Source: Trichodelitschia bisporula (taxonomy: Eukaryota). Taken from it: 20,000 nucleotides of DNA. Location of the stretch: positions 795,437 through 815,436 of the forward strand of contig ML996701.1 in NCBI GenBank assembly GCA_010356995.1. Direction: 5' to 3'. The position numbers and the translations under genes were made by a program. Shown here piece by piece: positions 11,027 through 20,000 of the stretch (the stretch's first letter is position 1; each line of letters begins with the position of its first letter). The notes beneath the pieces were generated by a model. The model was not told where the DNA came from. It ran no database searches and saw only the letters and a program-made list of their open reading frames with translations.

Positions 11027-11343
11027 ATGGGAGGCCCCAATCTCGAAGTCTTCAAGGTGCGGCGCTCGTCATCATCGCCTAAAATCCCGCTGACCAACAG
11101 TTCGGCATGTACATCATGTTTCCCATCGGCATCATGTACTACTTCGGAACGAACCTTGACAGCAAATTCTCTGTACCCAACTTCTGGCCCAGCCCCAGCC
11201 AGATGCACAAGATCCCCACTGAGCGAGATGAGATTGACGCCGAACTGCAGCGGCTGCGCGCGCGGCGTCTCGAGTTGCGTCGGCAGCGTCTGATGCGAGA
11301 GGAGATGGAGAACCAGTCTGGGAACCAGTCGGAGAACAAGTGA
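11027..11343 (+). CDS. PET100: Mitochondrial cytochrome c oxidase assembly factor Pet100; exons 11027-11056, 11101-11343
   Basis: MGGPNLEVFK|FGMYIMFPIGIMYYFG...FWP...IPTERDEIDAELQRLR. Phase-0 intron 11057-11100 (GTGCGG..CTGAC..CAG, 44 nt). Confidence 0.92.
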
Positions 11344-11394
11344 AGGGACAAAATGGGACGGCGTACGGTTCACTTGACGGTTGACTTGTAAATA

Positions 11395-12262
11395 TTACGG
11401 CCCTGCGGCGTTTGTGTATACTCCCTGCACAGCAGAGTGATTATTCAGCTCCGCAATGGCCGCCTGCAGTGCTGTCGCGTCCGCTACAGGGACCTCATCC
11501 TTGGGCACCCACACCATGTCCAGCTCGTCAACTTCCAACTCGAGGCTGCGCGCGAGTGTGTCGGCCACGACCTTGGTCGCTGGCGGCTCGGTCGTCACAA
11601 CAATGCGCCCGTCCTGCGACTCCACGTCCAGACAGCCGTCCACCTCAAGGCCGGCCTCGAGCGCCGTGTCCAGGTCTACCTCTGCCGGCTTGAACGCCAC
11701 CCTGCCCACCATGTCAAACAGATACTTTGTTGGGGACAGCTGCCCATTATGCGTCTTGGTAATGACCAGCCTGAGCTCCTGCAGCGTGCGCGCCTTATTG
11801 TCCGTTAGGCTTTCGACGATGACGGCCACGCCCGGCGGGAGGAGCGCCTCGACACGGAGTGACTCGAGCTGGCTGCCACCAGGCGCGATGCCCTGACCGC
11901 GCATGATAGCGGCCTCAATCGAGGCCTTCGGGAAGCCAGCCTTTTTGGCGGCGGCGAGGACACGCGCGAGATGCGGGTTGTCATCGGGGTTAGCCCCGCC
12001 CACTGGGACGGTCAGAGGATATTTGAGAGCGGGGTAGCTACAGGATGGGTATAATCTACGTACGCTTGCTCGCAAGCTCCAATTCGTGTGCAAACACTGA
12101 GCGCTTCTTGTTTTTGAGTGCGTCGTTCTTGGCCTTGTCGTGCTTGATGGTCGACCATTTGTTATGGCCCGAGGCGCGGGCGCATGAGGTTGAGAGCGGT
12201 CGCAGTTGGTGTTGGCAATTGCGACGCAGGATGCGAAGGAGGTTGGCAGTTGGTGCTTTCAT
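11395..12262 (-). CDS. TACO1: YebC/TACO1-family mitochondrial protein; exons 12262-12064, 12002-11395
   Basis: Basic presequence-like N-terminus then SGHNKWSTIKHDKAKND, GGANPDDNPHL, FPKASIEAAI, VESLTDNKART, VYTNA. Intron 12063-12003 (GTACGT..CTGAC..CAG, 61 nt) joins the two track ORFs in frame. Confidence 0.93.
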
Positions 12263-12706
12263 CGCGGGGGGGAGCAGAGAGAACGTATACGAGGGCCTTG
12301 GGCGGAGCTCCCGTTGAAGCTGCGGCGCAAAGTCACAGTTGAAGTTTTCCACCCCGGAGTTGAAGGGTGCGGGCAGCGCTCGAGGGGGAAGCGATGAGGA
12401 GCTGTTGTCTACGCTTGCAGTTTGCCTCTCAGTCGTGAAGTTAATGGACCACGCCGGCCATCTTTCGTAACCTTGTTAGCAATTGATTCGTGGCGTTGGC
12501 AATTCTTTGGGCACCTCCGAGCGCCGAACCTCGCCGCCCGCACCCCCAGTCGCGGAGGCAACGATAATCCGTCACCAATCGCAATGACGCAGGCTTCGCG
12601 AAGTACCCCCTTGAAGCTGCTTGAGCATACCAAATGTGTCCCCAACAACAGGTCTCGATCGTGTCGCGTATCTGACAGCCTGACAGTGCCGACCCGAATC
12701 GCCACC

Positions 12707-15700
12707 ATGGCTACCGCTAACGGCGACCCCGCTCCCGAGCTCGATATCCAAAAGCTTCACGCACTCTCCTCGGAGCAGCAGGACCTCTACCTCCTTACCT
12801 TCACCGCCGACCTCGCCAAGTTTGTCAAGGAACTCGACGCAGACGGCGCCTCGGCTCACCAGATCTATGTCAAGAAGGAGCTTTTCAAGATCATCAACCT
12901 CCCCTCGCCGGCACCCACACGCGTTATCCGCAACAATCTCGCGCGCTGCTTTGCTGGTATCTTCGCCAAGGGTGACCGCAAGCTGCTGTTCGAAAGTATC
13001 AACGAGCTCGTGGCTATCCTCAATGGCGGCAGCAAGGCGGACAAGGAGAGCCGGGCGAAACATGCCGCTGCCCACTGCTTGGGAGTCGTGTACGAGGCCG
13101 CTGGTGACAGCGCTATCCACCAGTCCACCCTCGCCGTGTCCAGCTTGCTGCGCGTGCTCAAGGGAGCGACCCACGCCGGCCTCCGCGCCAGCATCTACGG
13201 TGCTCTTGGGCGCGTCTACGTGAGCATCGGCGCGTCGGGAGACGAGGCAATCGTGCGCGATGTGTGGAAGCAGGCCCGTTCCGCCGTCGGTGACAAGTCG
13301 CTGCTCGTGCAGTCCAAGGCGTGCTACTGCCTCGAGCAGCTCGCGGCCCATACCCCTTTCTTCGACAACTCCAATGACTTTGACAAGTTGCAGTATGCCG
13401 CATGGCGCGCGCTGGAGTCACCGTCTCACCTTGTGCGCGAAGCGGCTGCCTCCTGTTTTGGGCGGGTGCTCGTCAAGCACTACTCGGAGACTGCCGCCAC
13501 CGTCGCGCTACCCAAGCCGAAGACGAAAAAGGCGAAGCGGCAGTCACGCATCGACGGCGACGATGAGGACGAGCGGCCGGGGTCGCCGGCCCCAACGAAG
13601 CCGGTCACAACACTCGCCTTTACGCTTGCCGACATGCTTCGACAGCTTTCGGACCACTACTGTCGCCCGCACACGTCGAACCGCGCCCGTGCCGGCGTTG
13701 CTTTGTGCTACATCAACGTGCTGCGACACCTGGGCGAGGCGGTGGTTGAGTCCAACTACTCCAGCATCGCGAAGCACCTCTTTACCTACTTGCTCGGCTA
13801 CCCTAGCATTACCCACAGCCGGTACCGTCTGCTCATGGCACGCAAGTTTGTGCGCGTCATTTTGGAGGATGTTGTTGGGCGCGAGATTCTCGGAGAGTCG
13901 GCACAGCTTTCGGCGGCCAGGTTCCTTATCAACGACATCCTAAAAGACTACCCACAGGCACTCAAGGAGCGTCCAGAGCCATCCAAGCACAGCCTGACCG
14001 GGGCACTGAGCGCGCTCGCCTCCCTTATCTCGTCTCTCGGCTCGGCGGTGTCTGTCATTGCGGACACGTGCCGTGACGCGCTGCTGCAGGTTCTGATGCA
14101 CCCGAGCTACACAGTGCAGGTGCACGTGTCGCACTGCCTGCGGGCTTTTGTCGTTGCGTGCCCGCAGCAGCTGCTTACATCGGTCACCATTTGCATTAAC
14201 AGTGTCAACCGCGAACTGAACCTCCTCGGCGGCCCGCGGCAGTCCCCGCGACGGTGCGTCGGCTATGCCAACGGTCTGGCTGCTGTGCTAAGCACCTCCA
14301 GCTCGCAGCCGCTGTACGGATCGGTCGATGTGTATTCGCGCGTGCTCTCGCAGGCGACTACGCTGCTGAAGTCGAGCAGCAGCTCTGACCTCCGCATATC
14401 AAGCACGCAGATCCAGGTCGCATGGATTCTGCTCGGTGGGCTGATGAGTCTCGGGCCGAATTTCATCAAGATTCATCTGTCCCAACTGCTCCTGCTATGG
14501 AAGAACGCCCTCCCGAAACCACTGAATAAGGACAACATGACGAACCGCAATCTACTCGAGCTCAGCTTTCTTGCGCATGTCCGCGAGTGCGCCCTCGGAT
14601 CGATTCTGACGTTCCTCGAGTACAACAGCCGGCTGCTGACGATTGATGTCACGAAGCGCCTTGCGGCGATGCTCCAGAACACATCCGCCTTTCTTCACAG
14701 TCTCCCCTCAAAGAAGGCAACGGACGACATTGCGCAGCGCCTTTCCCCCGCGCTACAGCTGCAGGATTTTGACATCATGGTGCGTCGGCGCGTGCTGCAG
14801 TGCTACACCAGGCTCGTCGAGGACGGTCCCGGCGGCGAGGCGCTGTTCCAGTCGAACCTCCTGCCACTGGCCATTTCGTGCTTTGCGGACCCTGAGAACT
14901 ACGCTAACTCGCTGAGCGCGTCCATCGCGAGCTCTGCCGGCAATTTCGAGAGCATCTGGGACGTCGGCGATAACTACAGCTTTGGCGTTACGGGGCTTGT
15001 CAACGGCTTCGACCTAAAGCCGCTCGCAGGCGAGTCGGAGCGCAGTGACCGGGCCCACTGGATCACCCGGCGTGGGTTGGAGGCGCAGATCGACCGGCTT
15101 CTCGTGACGCCGGCCTTTGGCGCGCGGGAGCACGACTCCATTATGCTCTACAGTGGGAACACCGAGTTATCGGACCCGCCCGCGACGCAGGTCGTCAACG
15201 CCGCCATCTACCTCTTCGCAACAGCGCTCCCCGTGCAGGCCCCGAAGGTCCAGGAGAGTATCCTCGAGCAGCTGACTTCATTTTTATCCGACAGCAACCT
15301 GCAGCGTGACCCCGCCCGGAAGGCCGCCATGTCCGTCAACATTGCGACAGCCCTCTTCATGGCGCTTAAAGTCGCGACTCGCGAGACCAGTCTGCCGCCC
15401 GGAGACATCCGTTCAGAACCAGTCCAAAAAGCGATGCGCGAGTTGTTGCGCGTCTTCTTGCTAAGCTCCGATCAATTCGTGCGGAGTATCGCCGCGCAGG
15501 CACTCGGACGGTTGTGCAAGTCGGCCGGCAACGCCTTCACCGTTAGGGAGGTGGATGACCTCATTGACCAGATCATCGCAAACCGCGATCCCGTTGCTCG
15601 CTCCGGGTTTGCGACGGCGCTGGGCCACATTTACGCGCAGCTCGGCGGTATGGCTGGCGGCTTCCACTTGAAGAAGATTCTTGGGGTGCTCAACTCCCTG

Positions 15701-18700
15701 AGCAGCGACCCGCACCCAGTTGTCCACTTTTGGGCGCTGGAGAGTATCTGCCGTGTGGCCAATTCGGCGGACCTCAACTTTGCGCCGTTTGTGACGAGTA
15801 CCCTCGGCATGCTCGCGCAGCTGCTCATTGCCGACACGCATAACGAGGAGGTTGGCTCCGCCATTTACTCGAATCTGGAGGTGGAGCTCCCCACACCAGC
15901 GGTGATTGCGCGCTGTGTTGATAGTATCATCAACGTCCTGGGCCCTGACCTGCAGGATGCAGCCAAGACGCGCGACTTGATCATGGTGCTGCTTGAGGAG
16001 TTTAGCGGCGACGTCGAGGAGCTGGAGCTGATCGAGACACTTAAATGTCAAGAGCATCTGTCGCTGTACGCCCCGGGGCATATGAACTTCAAGGAGTACG
16101 TCTGCCGCCTGCAAGCCAACCTGGACTCGAGTTTCCCCACCCTGCGCGCCATGGCCGTCGACGGCCTGCACAATTTGATGCGCCGCAACGCTGACGAGGT
16201 CATCCGTACCGCCCAACCTGGCCTCGAGGAGAAGCTTTGGCTACTGCTGGATAGCACCCCAGACGACGACGCCGTCAAGAACATTATGCGCAACTGGCTG
16301 CACCAGACAGCGCTGACGGATACGGCTCCGTGGGTGCAGCGGTGCAATACCATCTTGACGAAGGTCATGGTCAAGTCTCGGGCCGAAGCCGAGGCGCCGA
16401 AGAAGGCCGCCCTTGACCTCCAGGACGAGGAAATTGCCGGCTTCGCCACCGCCGCCGGCACTGTTGAGGATGAAAAACCGGCGGGTAGCTCATCACAGGA
16501 GCTTCTGCGGTGGCAGACGCGAACATTTGCCATGGACCTGCTAAGCGAGCTAGTCGTCATGGTTGCCCGCGATGCAAGCGCAAGCGACGAGTCCGCCGCA
16601 TGTCTCGCGCTGCAGGGCAAGGTGGCCGACGTGGTGCGCATCGCCTTTTCCGCCTCAACCGCTGGCGTGATTGCACTGCGACTGCGCGGCATGAAGATTA
16701 TTGACCAGATCCTGAAGGTGAGTTTTTACTCTGGATTCCTCGCCACTGTCCGAACTTTACCATGGAACGAACAATCACTGACCCATCTGCTGGCAGCTCT
16801 TTGGCAAAACACCTGATCCCGACTTTCCGGAGGCCTCTCTGCTCGAGCAGTATCAGGCCCAAATTGGCTCCGCGCTGACACCCGCCTTCGCCGCCGACTC
16901 GTCCCCCGAGCTTGCCGCCGCCGCCATCAACGTCTGCGCCAGCTTCATCGCCACCGGCATCGTGACGGACGTCGACCGTATGGGCCGCATCCTGAAGCTG
17001 CTCGTCTCGGCGCTTGAAAACTTCTCCGCCGACACGGAGAATGCGTCCATCGGGGACCTCAAAGGCCTGAGCTCGAACGCGCTCGTGATGGTAAAGATGG
17101 CCGTATTTTCCGCTTGGGCCGAGCTGCAGATCGCCAGCGCCGAGCAAAACTACCTCGTCGAGGTCGTGAAGCCGCACATCGCTAAGCTTACGCCCCTCTG
17201 GCTTGCGTCGCTGCGGGAGTACGCGCGTCTGCGCTTCGAGCCCGACATCTCGACTACTGGCTCCGCCGCCATGTCCGGCAACCTCGACTCCATATACGCC
17301 GCCCTCAACCGCGAGACTCTACTGCACTTTTACCAATCGTCGTGGCTCAACCTCGTGGACGCCATTGCAAGCCTCATTGATGAGGATAGCGAATTTGTCT
17401 TTGACGCCCTGGATGGTAGAATTGATGAGAGCCCCAATGGCGAGCCCAAGCCAACCGACATCAACTACCGCGACGAGCCCGTTGCATTTTTCTTTGTTCT
17501 CTTCGGTCTGGCCTTTGAGGCCCTCGCTGGTCGTTCTGACTCGCAGACCAGCAAGGAACAAATGCTTGAGATTCTACACGCCGTCAAGAAGATTCTGCGC
17601 CCGTCCGTCGCTGGCCTTGCCATCTATCAGGAAGTTGTCTTTTCTGAGGCCATGGACATGTTCGATCGCCTCGTGCTAACCGAGGCGCTTAATGTACAGG
17701 CTGTGGTCGTCGAGATCGCGAAAAACCTCTGTCTCGCGCATCCCTCTGCCCGTATCGGCCACGCACCGGAGGAGGAGAAGCTGTCTGAGGACATTGACCA
17801 GCTCTTTGAGTTGACTCGTATCATCGTGCTCGTGATTGGAGGACTCGTGCCCAACCTAGCCGAAGACAAGAGCAGAGGTATGTCTTTCTTTTTCTGTCCG
17901 TTCCTCACTGACCGTTAGTGCGCCACGAACTCAACGACGAAGCCGTTGGCCTGTTGACGCTGTCTCTCAGCGCCCTTGTCGATGCCTCTGCGGTCTTTCC
18001 GTCCGTGATCAAAACGGATCTATACGCCTGCATCATCCACATCTTCGCCACCATCCTCGCCACACCTTCCTGTCAGACGACCGTCGTTCCACAAGCTCTC
18101 CCTATCCTTCGCCGCTTCCTTTCCAGCCTCGTACAGACTCCGCAATCCGAAACACCCGCCCAGCTCCGCAGCGCCCTCGCTCGCTTCCTGGCCATTCTGT
18201 CCGTCGCGCAGCGCCGCGAGTTTGACGACGCTCTCGCCTGCGAAAAGAACACTTTACTCGCTTGCACCGTCCTCTTGAGCACGGCCGGCAGTCTTTTCGA
18301 GCCCGCCGACCCAGTGCTTGCGCGCACCGTCTCCGCAATCACAGACTGCCTCGCCAGTCGCCTGCCCAGCAAAGTCGCCGCCAGCTGTGTGCGCTCCCTC
18401 TTGCTCCTTCCGCGGCGCGATCAAGTCGCCGATGCGCTGGCTACCCGACTTCTTCCGCAGCTACTGACATTTTCGACGCAGCCGACAGACATTGAAGGAT
18501 TGGCCGAGAGCCGCGAAATCGTAGTTGCCGCGCTAACTACGTGGGCCGTCACCATTAATCCTTCGAAGCGTCCCACTGCCGTCGCGCTCGTTGTGCCGGC
18601 GCTGGTCGGCCGAGCGGCGTGCGACGGACGCGAGACGTATCGCGAAACAGCAGGGCGGCTGCTCGAGCTTGCCGCAGCCGACGCCGCCGCATTTAAAGCG

Positions 18701-18832
18701 GTCGTTACTGGGCTTATACCGGGCGTGAAAAGTTTGCTTGAGGAGGTAATTCGGGAGGGAAACGTAAAGAAGAGCGCGGGGCTGGAGGAGGGCAACGGCG
18801 AGCCAACAATCGCGTTAAAGATGAACTTTTGA
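12707..18832 (+). CDS. LAA1: Large HEAT-repeat AP-1 accessory protein Laa1/Sip1/HEATR5 (about 2001 aa); exons 12707-16717, 16797-17877, 17919-18832
   Basis: GCCACCATGG start. Motifs QLLLLWKNALP, DPHPVVHFWAL, FGKTPDPDFPEASLLEQYQAQI, C-terminal PTIALKMNF. Introns 16718-16796 (79 nt) and 17878-17918 (41 nt) join the three large ORFs in frame, 6006 nt in total. Confidence 0.92.
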
Positions 18833-18838
18833 GTAGAA

Positions 18839-18860
18839 TAGATAAAGCGTAGATAAAGCG
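18839..18860. repeat. 11-bp direct duplication just after the LAA1 stop codon
   Basis: tagataaagcg twice in tandem. Confidence 0.8.
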
Positions 18861-18902
18861 CAAATAATAGACGAGTTTAGTAATTCCCGCTAGCGTTTCG
18901 TA

Positions 18903-18997
18903 GGTTACCCGGCATTTAGCAAGTTACCCGGCATCTAGTAAGTTACCTGGCATTCAGCTAGTTACCCGGTATTGAGCTAGTTACCCGGTATCACGCT
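18903..18997. repeat. Tandem array of five 19-bp units with conserved GTTACCCGG core
   Basis: Units: ggttacccggcatttagca / agttacccggcatctagta / agttacctggcattcagct / agttacccggtattgagct / agttacccggtatcacgct. Confidence 0.95.
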
Positions 18998-19157
18998 AGA
19001 CTACCCATTTTCTTCCCCGTACAATCAATGTTTGTTAAACCTACACTCTGCTCACAGTGATTGCCGTGGACCCCTGACACGTTAATTGTAACAACTGACG
19101 TAAGTCTCCCTTCCAGCAACTCCGTTTCAAGACACGAACAAGTTTTCGCACGAAAGA

Positions 19158-20000
19158 ATGAACCAGCAATCGGACAACCAACAACAGAGGCTGAGCGAGC
19201 TGGCGGAACTCGCACGGACGAACCCCAATGAATTCATTCGCATCTTTGACCAAGGAAGGGAACGCGAGACGATACCTGACGTTCTAACCCCGGAATCGAC
19301 CACTCCGTCAAGCTCAGCCTTCGCCCAGCTCATCGCGGCTCTACAAGGGTTTACCGCAGCCGCAGCTGCGGCCCCACATGCTCTCCAGACAATAACTGCC
19401 GCTTCCGCACGTCGGGATAGCGTGAAGGTCACACCCTATGACGGCAACCCAGAACTCCTCCACCGCTTCCTCGCCGACCTCACTTCGAAGTTGAAACTTG
19501 AGAAATGTGAAGACGAAGAGGAGAAGGTTGTCATTGCCGAGAGCCTCCTTGTCAAGAACAACCGCGCTGATAAACTCATGGACTGCCATTGCGTCCTCGG
19601 TCAAACGACCATCAAAACGTTTGACGGATGGAAACAGGCTCTTACCGACCTCTGCCAGGACACCGGCGCCCAGGAGAAAGCGAACCTCAAATTTCACGAC
19701 TTCCACTTCGATAAGTCCCTTCATAAGTCTTTTACCGAATTCTTCTCCGAATTCTTCTCCGAATTCTTCTCCGAATTCTTCTCCGAATTCTTCTCCGAAT
19801 TCTTCTCCGAATTCTTCTCCGAATTCTGCGCCCTCGCCGGAAAAACATGCAAATCGGACTCGGAAAAATACGACCAGCTCGTGATGGGAACGCCAGCTTG
19901 GTTAGGACGCCTCGCCCGGCCTATCCCCACTGAAGCCCAACGACCATTCTGGCGAGCTCTTGGGCACTACTACAATGACGTTTTTCTTGAAGACGAACAA
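19158..20000 (+). mobile_element. Retrotransposon Gag/capsid-like ORF (Ty3/gypsy-like), 3'-truncated by the window; absent from the ORF track
   Basis: Open from ATG 19158 to the window end (281 codons, no stop): MNQQSDNQQQRLSELAELAR...VTPYDGNPELLHRFLADLTSKLKLEKCEDEEEKVVIAESLL...IKTFDGWKQALTDLCQDTGAQEKANLKFHDF...KSFTEFFSEF..CALAGKT. Motif order matches the retrotransposon Gag capsid pattern. No pol gene or paired LTRs are visible. Confidence 0.7.
19735..19827 (+). repeat. Perfect 12-bp minisatellite (GAATTCTTCTCC)7 plus partial unit, encoding (EFFS)7-EF
   Basis: Seven identical units at 19737-19820, then gaattct; eight GAATTC sites in phase. Confidence 0.97.

Noticed and set aside
12422..12706. 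N-terminal extension of LAA1 from TTG 12422 or in-frame ATG 12584
   Set aside because: ATG 12707 has an ideal GCCACCATGG context and recognisable sequence starts after it. The upstream part is probably the shared promoter/UTR; use of 12584 cannot be excluded without TSS data.
12572..18795. Long antisense and off-frame ORFs within LAA1 (e.g. 259, 251, 227 and 214 aa)
   Set aside because: Expected from strong GC3 bias; no recognisable domains.
18903..18997. CRISPR-like or telomeric array
   Set aside because: Eukaryotic context, contiguous 19-bp units with no unique spacers, no cas genes, and no TTAGGG/CCCTAA repeats.
19341..19930. Track ORFs 19498-19884 (+, NSSP repeats), 19721-19930 (-, SEKN repeats) and 19341-19724 (-)
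   Set aside because: Alternative frames of the Gag-like ORF, kept open partly by the stop-free 12-bp repeat.

Overview
Eukaryotic window, most likely a filamentous ascomycete with a compact genome (GC-rich coding DNA, GT-AG introns mostly 41-79 nt). In order: the 3' part of a LOG-family gene; an intronless ORF joining a Tc1/mariner transposase-like N-terminal DNA-binding domain to a poly-Q tail with no catalytic domain; a Zn(II)2Cys6 transcription factor; then a tightly packed housekeeping block (CDC123, CWC21, ECI1-like peroxisomal enoyl-CoA isomerase, PET100, TACO1/YebC, LAA1/HEATR5). The right edge holds a 5 x 19-bp array with a TTACCCGG core, followed by a retrotransposon Gag-like ORF that is missing from the ORF track, runs off the window and carries an in-frame 12-bp (EFFS)7 expansion. 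The best leads are the candidate domesticated transposase HTH/poly-Q gene and the repeat array plus Gag-like ORF. Family calls come from motif recognition; no database search was run.
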